Below are positions 12,935-23,083 of a DNA stretch of 64,000 nt, one piece after another. The notes beneath the pieces are model-generated. The model ran no database searches. It was not told the DNA's origin and worked only from the letters and a program-made list of their open reading frames with translations. The number at the start of each line of letters is the position of its first letter. Positions within the stretch are counted from its first letter, which is position 1. Source of the DNA: Trichosphaerium sp. ATCC 40318 (Eukaryota; Protista; Tubulinea); NCBI GenBank assembly GCA_038496445.1, contig JALMLS010000215.1, forward strand, positions 124,001-188,000, written 5' to 3'. The position numbers and the translations under genes were made by a program.

Positions 12935-13991
12935 ACCTATTCCCCTTTTTGAGACAATTCCAGAATTTTTGAAAAAAAATCACGTTGAGTACTCGGTACA
13001 ACATACAAGAATCGCATAAAGGTTGGCTACCAAAAGTATAGCATCACAGCTACATACTAAAAGTAGTGATCGAAGTGTAAGATAGTTCTGAGGCGAGTAA
13101 AATCTCAAAGATTCTCGAAATCCCGTAGATCGAAAATCAAAATGATAGTAAATTTCGAAACCGCCCCTTAATTTTACTTGGCACTTTTTGCGCAAGATTG
13201 CGTACAAAAGTCTATAGCTTGCTTGCAATTTCTCCACTGCTTGCTGTCAACTTTTAAGTAGATTACAAGAACCTCAATGTAACTTAGGTCCCAAAAAAAA
13301 GTGGGTACTTCGTATTAACAGGCTTGTTAGCGTTTGGCAAACCTTGAGTAATGGCCAAGGTTTACAAAGGCGCAACATAACCCAATTTATGTGCAACTTA
13401 CAGCTACTGCTCTCTTCGCTCTTCACTCTCTTCGCAAGTCAACTTAGTAAAGCGTTAGAAGGCCTTGAGGCAGAATTTTAAACATCTGATAAACAGCAAG
13501 AGATCCCCATAGAGGCAAACTATGATACTACACTTAACATAATCTTGTTTTTATAAGAAGTAACAAGAAATTTACAAGAACATGCCCCGTATTTAACAAG
13601 CGTTAGAGCTTCATATCTGTATGTGAGCGTAAGGCATTCATTAACAGTTCTTAGACCTAACAAAAATTCCCAGTTTTAGAAGAAATACCCGACAAATAAC
13701 AATCAACTTTTGAAAACAAAAGGACCGCCCAAAAAAGGTTAGTTGCGCCCAATCTTTTGTGTCTCGAGTTTAATCACATTGGAAATTATCAATTAATGAA
13801 CTTTGTGACGTCATTTACCGTCAAGGTGACATCGAGGTCGATCGTGAGGTTTGGTGTCACGTTGTATTGGGAGAAATTTGGTCAATTTTTACCACAAACT
13901 AAAAACTACATTTTCATTTAACTAAAATATCGCACATAACAACACCACACCTCCGCCCAAAAACGAAAATAATCGCATACAAGTTAAGGAA

Positions 13992-14577
13992 ATGAGCTTC
14001 ATATTTATAAGAAAGGAATTTAAGCAGACAGGAGGACACTATGCTAATAAAAAGAGCTTATCTATAATAGCTCACCACGACGTACAAGCTATAGTATCTA
14101 ATATAAATAAAGGGCTACAACAATATCAAATAGAAAATAAGCCAGTAAAAGGACTAACATTCGCGCCAGCTGGTAGTAGCTTCACGCTACAAATGAATCA
14201 CGACGTTCAAAAGGTACGAACCAACAAAAGTCGTTAACGACGTTCGTACCCACTCCTAAAAACGTGATATGGATATCCTTCTATGCACCATGTTTGGCGA
14301 GTTCTTTAACTAGAGAAGGACGAACCGCGATTCGCGCTAATTCTTCTTTTTTGGGTAAAAGACCCGTAAACTTTTTTTGGTTTTTTTTTTTTGGGAAGCT
14401 GACGTTTTGTTTTAATAGTACTTGGAGGAGGATATACTAATCACTGTTCTTGATAACTTTGGAGCTAATGGATATGATTTTATTCATCAGTACGATAACA
14501 CATTTCATTCGATGAAAGCTTTCAAAGGGAGCAGCATAACATCTAGAGAAGTCATGATAATGCAGAAAAAACACTAA
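13992..14577 (+). CDS. Hypothetical protein, 2 exons
   Basis: Exon 1 ends ..HDVQK/gtacg; exon 2 after aatag reads YLEEDILITVLDNFG..MQKKH* in frame. Confidence 0.6.
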
Positions 14578-14731
14578 AATAAACAACATGAATTTTCTTC
14601 AGTTTTCTGTGCCACATGTGCTTTGAACCGGTTTTATGTTTTGACGCAACTATCTCTTTGTTAAATACCCGTGTTAATCAAATACAAAGAAATATTAGCA
14701 TGAATTTTTATTTATAGAAGTCACGTGCAAG

Positions 14732-15582
14732 TTAGTCTGTATAAGGAAAACCCGTTTTAGATTTAATTTCTTGAAATTCCTCATCAGATATACTATCGCA
14801 CTTACTAATGAAACAATACTCTAGCTCCGGCATTAACCCATGAATACCTTTTGCAGTAACAGCAGGAGAACTACTAAGCGACAAGTTTTTGATACCTTTT
14901 AAAGGTAGAATACCTTCATCAGTTAATAAAGAAGCACTACTAACCTTAGGCTAGATATTCCAGCAAGTGCCGCAATATGTTCGTCCTTAACATTACTGGG
15001 ATTTGCTGATACATTCAAAAATAGCTTGTGTATGCCTGCTAGGGCTGCTATCCAAATCCCAGAGTATGTACGTAATGGATAAATACCAAGCACAAGAGTA
15101 TGAACACCTTTGAAGTAGTTTCTTCCTACACCATCAAAATTACAGGAACCATTCACTCTAACAGTGTGTGCACCACGGAGAGCCTTTAGACCTGAACCAC
15201 TTACTTTTTGTGTACAAGCCTGTATACTAATAGTATGAACACCTGCAAAGCATTTAACCATCTCATCTGTGAGACGTAAGCTGCATTCATAAGTGAAACA
15301 CACTTTTTTTAAACCTTTGAAGAGAAATATTGGAGCCAAATCGCAAAATCTTACCATAGAATGACGTACAATAGCCTTACAAGGTATAATTTGCCTACAA
15401 TTTTGTTCTGTAACTCTAACTGCGTGATATCCAACGTAATCATGTATTATAGAAGAAAAAAGCCTACAGCATTGTCCTGCACTACAACGAGTCTTGTCTG
15501 ATTCCATTTGAGTAAATATAGCGCATAGAAGCTCTAAAGGCATAATATCAATGATGGTAACGTTGTTTCCAGTAGTCGCCAT
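14732..15582 (-). CDS. Intronless F-box-like/LRR protein (GVH-type repeats) with a frameshift near 14940
   Basis: MPLELLCAIF F-box-like motif; AGVHTISI-type repeats; LRR text (SSASLLTDEGILPLKGIKNLSL..) continues in another frame to TAA at 14732. Confidence 0.75.
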
Positions 15583-15849
15583 CTTCTAGGCTGTGCTATA
15601 AATAATGGCATAAATCGGGCACAATGCTTAAGTCAGTTTCACTGAATTCAAATCTAGTTTGGTGGGTGTACGAAACACAATAAGCGCTCTAACCTGCATC
15701 AATCTGACCCCAGCCTTTGCAATATTAAACACTATCAACTTGTTCAATGCGTCATTGTCAGGAGAGCGCAATCAAGAGTTCAGAACGAGAAATGATTGGC
15801 ATTTAGATCGCCACTGCAAGAAAACAGGGTAGAATGCGTATTTATTAAT

Positions 15850-16761
15850 CTACAAAGACTTCAGCATTTCCTTCATTTTTTCCCTATCAGTTGTCATCAT
15901 TTGATGCATGATAATAGGCAGTTGGCTGAACTCTAATGCTTTTTTCATTTCAGATACAACATATTCTTTATCGTTAATTTTTCTTGCTTTTTTCCTTATT
16001 CCATCAAGCACTTTCTCAGTGGTTTTAATATCATTCTTATCAAGTAGCCCTTGCAATTCGGAAGCGTCTTTTGCAATATTGGTAATATACGAGTCATGCT
16101 TAGCCGTTAAGACCTACAATTGTTTAAGCATAAAAACTAAACTTTGTTGTGCTGTTTCACCTTTACAGCGTCATCTTTCTTCTTTAATTGCTTTTCAGAC
16201 ATTTGAAGCTTATCACTTACAGCATCTAACGATGAAAGGAAATCATACAAAGCGCCGACTGATGATTTATTGTCTTGGATATGCTTCGCCAAGGCAATGA
16301 AAAACATGATCTGAAACGAAAAAAAAACAAATCAGAAGTCGCTTAAACAAAGTCTCTACGTACGCGTTGGTTAGGTTCAAACACATTTTCAATATCATCC
16401 ATTGCTTTTTTCCATCTAGCATGCATTTGCTAATTATCAGTCAGTATTCGTGATCACGTGCTAACATTAAAACAAAGAGCGTACATCCCGGGCTTTATCT
16501 ATCTTAAGTTTTCTCTTGCCGATTTTTACTTGCCAACCAACTTTCTTATCTGCAATTATACCGTTAACTTCTACGACCAAATTGTTAGTGACTTCATTTT
16601 TAATAAAGAAGGGGCAAACCTTCAACAATCTTGAGGAGAGTAGATAAGAGCTCAATGGCATCTGTTAAAGCACTTTTCATGACAGCATTAATTTGTTCAT
16701 TCTGATCATCTGTTACTTGTGCTGATTCTGATACTTCGTTTAATACTTTGAAAAGATCCAT
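15850..16761 (-). CDS. Hypothetical helical protein, multi-exon
   Basis: ATG 16761 MDLFKVLNEVSES..; open segments bounded by GT/AG; terminal ORF 15850-16056. Confidence 0.5.
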
Positions 16762-17346
16762 GGATGTCAGGTTTTGTATTTATAAGCTGTTGCGCTTGTT
16801 TAGTATTTTGGGTTGTAATGGTTGGTCGGAAAAATCAAAATCTTACAAAATTCTTCTGTTTTGGACAAAATATTCTCCCGCTGTAGCTGTATGCTTTTAA
16901 TTACATTTAGGATATGTTTTAGACCTCAGGTAACTTAATACGGAACAAAAGTTTAGGCTAAAAGAGGGTGTTTGAGTAGTGACGTTTAACATTTAGCGGG
17001 CAAATTACAATCACCTAAACCCGTGCTGTTGCTACCCCCTAATAGCTTTTTGGATTGTATAAGTGGGCTTTTGAAGAATCACTTAGAAGTTTCTCTCATA
17101 AATTATTTACCCATTTACCCTACCGGGATAAATAATACAAAAAGTTTTGAAATTTCTTACATTGTTGCGAACGCTTTATCTTTGGATGTTTCACCATTGT
17201 TTGCTTATAGAAGTGTAATAATCTATTTATTATTATCATGGAAACAAGTACGTCATCAATGAGTACTATGGCTTGTAATAACAGAGTTCATTTTATAGGA
17301 AGTAAATCTTGTTTTTAAGTATGTTTATTATTTTTTTTTTTTCAAT

Positions 17347-18414
17347 CTAATGTTTATCTTTATCCTTGTTTGCATTTCGTCCTTGTCTTTCAAGGTACCC
17401 TTGTTCTAACATATAAGCGGGAGAATAAGAACCATCTGTATTAAGTAATTTTGGATTTGGAATAGTGTCAACCTTGCTTCCAATCGATGTGTATCTGTGA
17501 AAACCAAATGTCAATCTTTATGTCAAACAAAACAACAAAATGTCATGTTGATGGTCATTGTACGTACCCTTGGTCATATAATTTACAATATGGTAGTTTT
17601 TCTGATTTAATAAATGCCCATACATCAGAATAAGACCATTTAAGAACTGGATTAACACGCATAAAGTCACCCCAACTGGGATCAGCTTTTGTAAAAAAAG
17701 TTAATTTTTCTAAACAAGACGTCTGTCAGTTCTCCATAACGCGAATTTATACAATAAAAATAACGTGCGACGCACCGCAATGAGGGTCAGATGATCTAGA
17801 GCCCAAAATAAATGCTTTTACAGTTTGTTGAGACATTAATTTTTGTAATCCCGTCTGTATATTGCCTGTGTCTATAGTAACAGGGTGTACTTTATATCTA
17901 ACCAGTAGAACGTTCAGAAAACGCAGATAGGAAATCAGGAAATCCCAAAAAAAAAAGTTCGAGTTTTTGCTTACTTGTCTACTAAACTGGCTGTGAACGC
18001 GTCCACTTCTGTAAAGCTATTTTCTATACGGAAATACGCCGTTTTAAGGCTAGACATGTCAACATTTGGTGTTTCCTCCACGATGTGTGCTATTAAATGT
18101 AATATTATGACGCTATCTTTACCACCATTAAAGGCTAGTACAATGTTCTCGAATCTAGAACAAAAATAAATTCGTCACAAAGTTTTGTACACGGCTTATT
18201 ACCGCGTTGTAATTACCGTTAAGAAATAATGCGCATCAGGGTAATAGAAGACGCAATGAGCAAAGTGTAATTTTTTTTCGTACTACGTTTTTTTAACGTA
18301 CCCATATTCTGTTATAGCGCGCTTTACAACACTTACAGACTCTTTAACTCGTTCGACTAGAGTTTTTGACGTTTTAGTCTCCAAAGCATCAAAGTCTATT
18401 TTTCGATTAAACAT
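17347..18414 (-). CDS. FAD1: FAD synthetase (FMN adenylyltransferase, PAPS-reductase fold)
   Basis: Spliced motifs LAFNGGKDS, FGSRSSDP, DPSWGDFMRVNPVLKWSYSDVWAFI, PYCKLYDQGYTSIG. Confidence 0.92.
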
Positions 18415-18573
18415 ACCCTTAATACAAGCGAAACAACTGTATTGGGCGTATTGGTTATCCAATTATTTGTTATGTGAGGGAATACTGCAGAAAAACAAGG
18501 TTTTCACTCTTCGTTCAACTTCTTCACAACTGAGCTGTTATTTGAAAGCTTTGTTCACGTTGAATGTAGTACA

Positions 18574-21040
18574 ATGGCAACAAAGTCTAGGAGCTCCCGT
18601 ACAAGAAGATCTGCAGCTTCAAAAGAACAAGCCAATAGCTTGTTTATCGAAGCAAAAGAAGCGCACGAAGCGTACCTCTTCGAAGAGGCTATTGGCTTAT
18701 ACAAACAAGGTATCTAAATACGTCAGTTTACTTGGCTTACTTGTTTAAAAGCCATAAAACTACAACCAAAGGCGGCTGATACATACAACTGCCTTGGAAA
18801 CGCTCTCAGGTTCGTTAACGATTAAGCCTGTCAGTGTTACGTTGCTAAATTGTTTTAACCGTTAGGGATGGCCCAAAAGATTACGACGGAGCGCATGCGG
18901 CGTATTTAAAAGCCATAAGCATCAAACCAGATTTGTACACGGCGCACTTCAACTTGGCACTGCTTAGAGAGAAACAGGTATTCCCTAGCGAACGTGTGCT
19001 CAGTTGTAGTGTTTTCAACTGTTTTAAAGAAATGTTGTATTCGCGTTTTTCATTTTACTGTCTCTGTGCCGCTTCCAAACATTCGTAGCGCGTAGGACAA
19101 CATAAAGTAACTGAAAGAACGGTAAACTACATCGTCGTTAAACTAAACTCATAAAGGGAAACTTGGAAGCTTCAGAAGTAGCTATACGTAAGGCCATTGA
19201 GTACAATCCAGGATTTGGGATGGCCCACCAGCGTTTGGGCGATCTACTTCAACGTACAGCACGAGGTAAGACAGTTTTTCTTCTGTAAATATATACAAAT
19301 TTTTTTTGGTTAAACGCTGACACGTACTCAGGTGAGGAGGCTTGTAACCACTACGGAAGCGCTCTGATGTTAGATCCTACTGATTCAATGCTTTATTTTA
19401 AGCTTGGCATGGCCAAGTTCAGTCTGAGTACGACACCTTTGTAAGCCATGGAAAAAATTAACTTATTTTTAGAAAAGTACGACGATGCTATTGAAGCGTT
19501 TAGAAGAGGCCTGAAATTGAGTCCAAACCATATACCAACATTAATAACTCTTGGTGTCGCATTAACAGTCCGTCAAGATTATACAGAGGTGAGTTAAGAA
19601 GGTTTTATTTCGAAAAGAAAAGAAACGATTAACATGTCAAAAATCAATAAGAAAAAAAGAAGATTGTTCTTTCAAGTAAAGTCCTAATAATTCTAGGCGG
19701 TTAAAGTATATAAGCGTGTTATACAATTAGATAATACTGTTAATGTATACACAAACTTGGGTACAGCGCTAATCGGTCTAGAAAAATGGAAAGACGCAAT
19801 GAAAGGTAATTTTCGAATTTTTTTTTTGACAGCAAAACTTTAACTTTTCTTAGTGCTCCAGTTGGCAATAAAACGCAATCCTAAGGATACAGCTGCACTA
19901 ATGAACTTGGCTACTGTACTTGTAAAACTAAATCAATGGGATAAAGCTGTTGAAACGTACAAATACGTAAGCAAACAACTATTACTTATCATTTCTAAGT
20001 TGGCTTAATTACTTTTGTTGTAGGTTCTTCGTGTTAATCCTAACCTATCAATTACTGTCGCCATGGCGCTTGGAGATGGTTATTCAGAACGTAAAGAGAT
20101 AGAAAGCGCTATTGCTCAGTACAGTGCAATACTAAAAAACAGCTCAAGAGTTCGTATGAGCCACGCTGCACTAGAGAAGCTCTACGCAATGTACTCAGAA
20201 CGGGAAAGTATAGAAGATCTGGTACGTCTTTGAGCAGATTTATCAACAGTTAAATTGACTCTTGTATTCAGGAGTGTTTTTGCGAAGAGCTGAGCAAGTC
20301 TTCCCCAGTCTCACCAATTTATTATTCCATACTATCACTACTCTACAAAAAGATGAACAAATATGATAAAGCAATAGCGTGTATAACATCAGCAATACGG
20401 CTTGATCCTGGTACGATTCAGTACTATAAATACAAAACCGTTTACTTCATAATTTTTATTTCTTGTCTTTGTTTTTCGTCCATTTGTCTCCTGGTGCTTT
20501 GTATCGCGTTAATAAATGATGTAGTTTCATATGAGCACCGCGTAGACAAAGGGTTATTATTTACAATCAAAGAGAACTGGGCATTGGCTGAGAAGGAGTA
20601 CAGGCATGCTATGAACCTTAGCGTGGATAACAGCGAGATTGCTGTGAAACTGGCAAGCGTTCTTGAGCATCAATCGAAATACACAGAAGCTAGGTGAGTT
20701 ATTGGTTTTTTTGACACTTAGAATTCAATGAATTAAAAAGCTGCATAACGTGTACTCAAATTGATTGTTTTGGTTCTAAATGATCTGTCGTAGAGCGCTG
20801 TATTCCTCCGAGGATATGGATGAGCAAGTTAATCGGTTAGACGCTATTTTAAAAGAGGAGAGGGCGAAAAACAAACAAAAACCAGCAGAAAATACTACGC
20901 CTTCAGCTTCAACGACAGAGCCATCAAAGTCATCAGATATGTTACCTCTTTCTCATTGGGTAGTACTTGGTGGTTTAGCCATCGGATTGGTTGCACTATT
21001 TGTAGTTACCAGGAAGAAAACACCAAGTGCACCTTTGTAA
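18574..21040 (+). CDS. TPR-repeat protein with C-terminal membrane anchor, multi-exon
   Basis: Repeated TPR motifs (AIKLQPKAADTYNCLGNAL; AISIKPDLYTAHFNLA; AIRLDP); terminal TM WVVLGGLAIGLVALFVV followed by RKK. Confidence 0.85.
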
Positions 21041-21160
21041 ATAAACTAACAAACAAAAATGTTGACCATGTCGTTTTTATCACAAAAGTCAATTTTTGTT
21101 CTTGTAAGGTTCATTGCTTTTTCTCGCACTCTAGAATTCTCTTTTTTTCTTTATGTTTTT

Positions 21161-21360
21161 GGGAAGGCCGCCATCAAGGGCATCTACAGGCGAAGTAGGC
21201 CTGTAGCACCGCCCTTGGGCATCCTGTATTCCCCCAGAAATTCATTGTAACGGGTACAGGTGGAGCTATCAAACTACACATTATTTTCCTTACTCACTAG
21301 CAAATTGTGTGAGCTTTGAAAGGATTACTATGTGTAGGTTGACGTACTTAGTTTAAGGCT
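21161..21360 (-). ncRNA. RNU12: U12 minor spliceosomal snRNA split by an intron (exon 1 ~21360-21348, intron 21347-21297, exon 2 21296-~21161)
   Basis: Spliced 5' end AGCCUUAAACUAA|UGAGUAAGGAAAAUAA matches conserved U12 (human AUGCCUUAAACUUAUGAGUAAGGAAAAUAA). Stem IIa GUGUAGUU-UGAU-AGCUCCAC, Sm-like site AAUUUCUGG, long 3' stem-loop III with loop CCUACUUCG (human CCUACUUUG, the 65K-binding loop). Spliced length ~149 nt. Confidence 0.93.
21297..21347 (-). other. 51-nt major-class-like spliceosomal intron inside U12 snRNA
   Basis: GTACGT donor, GCTCAC branch-like motif, CTAG acceptor, same style as mRNA introns in this window. Its removal restores the contiguous U12 5' motif. Confidence 0.88.
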
Positions 21361-21777
21361 AAGCGATATGTAAAAAACTGAACTTGAAAATAGCGCTGTG
21401 GCGTTTATTTGTTGTGGTTTTGATGGTGAAAGACTGAAAAAAAAAAAATGACCACATAATGCCTGCAACGTATTACTCATGCGCGTTGTGTGATTTGTGG
21501 CGGTTGTCCGCGCCAAAGAAAATTGTGTGTATTAAAATACAACGCAGAGGTATTGTAGTCCATTAACGTAGCGTGAAGGAGCGTAATAAGTATGTTTTAG
21601 TCATTTTGAACGAACTATCTAGCTAGTGGGTTCTTATAGTCCTCGTTTGCGTAGACTAGATAGTAGATGTTGCTAGGTGGACATTAACAGGACATGTATG
21701 AGTGTTGTGAAGAAAAGCCACGACTGTTTTTTGCCAGTTCAGGTTTTCTGTTTTTTTTTTGAAAGACATTATTCACA

Positions 21778-22860
21778 ATGGCTGTCACTATTAGGCGTAT
21801 CCGCGTAAGTTTAAATCACTATACTCCTTATTGCGTCTAAAATTCAATATTAGACAGAAGATTTATTCAGAGTACAACACAGAAACCTTACATGTCTTCC
21901 TGAAAACTATCAAATGAAATATTACTTTTACCACATTCTAACATGGCCACAACTTTCATATGTTGCAGAAGACACTAAAGGACGTATTGTTGGATACGTA
22001 CTAGCAAAAATGTACGCAACAGATAAGAGCTACATACTATTTTGCCATAATCGCCGTTAATGCGTCGTTACCTCTTGTAAATCTCACCACCGTGCTAGGG
22101 AAGATAAACAAGATGAAGATGATAAGGATTGGCAACCACATGGTCATATTACGTCTATTGCGGTCATGGGTTCCTATCGTAAACTGGGTTTAGCTACAAA
22201 ACTCATGAGACAAGCTCGTATCCTAAACAGAAAGTTTTTTCTTTCCATTTTTAAACCCATCATGATCTCTTTTCGCTTATTTACGCCTTGACAACACAAT
22301 CAGAGTATTCAATGGTTGAATGTTATCATGCTCATTATGTATCTTTACATGTGCGCCGGTCTAACCGCGCAGCGCTTCATCTATACTCTATCGCACTTGC
22401 CTTTGAGTACGTATTTTTTTTGATAAGAATTTTTTTCTTACCATCACCCGTTTTGCCGTGTTATTTTGTGCGTTATTAATTCTGTATTTTAGAACGTATG
22501 ACATTGAAGAAGGTTACTACGCTGATGGGGAGGATGCCTTTGCAATGGTAAAGTGGTTTTTAGTGAAAATTGAAACTTTTTTGTAAAAACATTTATTATG
22601 TTCTTTTCTCCGCATAATCGTAAATTTTAAAACTCTCAATAACGCCACCAATACCGAGTATATTTTACATATCATCTATCACAGTAGAAACTAAAACACG
22701 CAATTTATAATGACATTAAATTGGTTTTGTTTCAATTTTTTGCTTTATTTTTAAATCGTTGTGTGCTCACTATCTTCTCTTCTAGAAAATGATTTTACCA
22801 AAAGATCCTATGGAAGTATTTAAACACATTGATCGCTCACACGTTCAAATACCTGAATGA
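21778..22860 (+). CDS. NAA10: N-alpha-acetyltransferase 10 (NatA catalytic subunit, Ard1), 6 exons
   Basis: [90 protein letters not shown]. Confidence 0.97.
22218..22303 (+). other. U12-type (minor) GT-AG intron in NAA10
   Basis: Donor GTATCCTA; branch CCTTGAC at 22286-22292 with the A 12 nt from the acceptor; no pyrimidine tract after the branch; splicing keeps the frame (..RQA-Q-YSM..). Confidence 0.8.
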
Positions 22861-23083
22861 ACTGTAGAACTTGCCAAAAAAAGAAAACGAGAATCTCAAA
22901 TTTTTCTTATTTGGCTTGGTTTTTTACTGGATGTACTGTACCGACTTTATCGTACAATTATTCGCGTGGTGACATAAAATAAAAATGTTCTAAATGGTAT
23001 ACTCGTTACCCTCTAATTGACTCTCTGTGTCGTGTAATGCAACAGCCTGCCTTAATTGCAACTTAAGCAGTGAATTTTGGCAA

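Noticed and set aside
14273-14313. ATATCCTT and TTCTTTAAC, U12-like signals
   Set aside because: They lie inside a normal GTACG..AG intron that already restores the frame; no AC-ended intron fits.
21409-21420. AACCACAACAAA about 55 nt upstream of U12 as an snRNA promoter element
   Set aside because: Position is plausible but the match to known elements is weak and there is no second snRNA to compare.
20956-21516. Short ORFs overlapping the U12 locus
   Set aside because: No protein-like character; the region is explained by the structured snRNA and its promoter.
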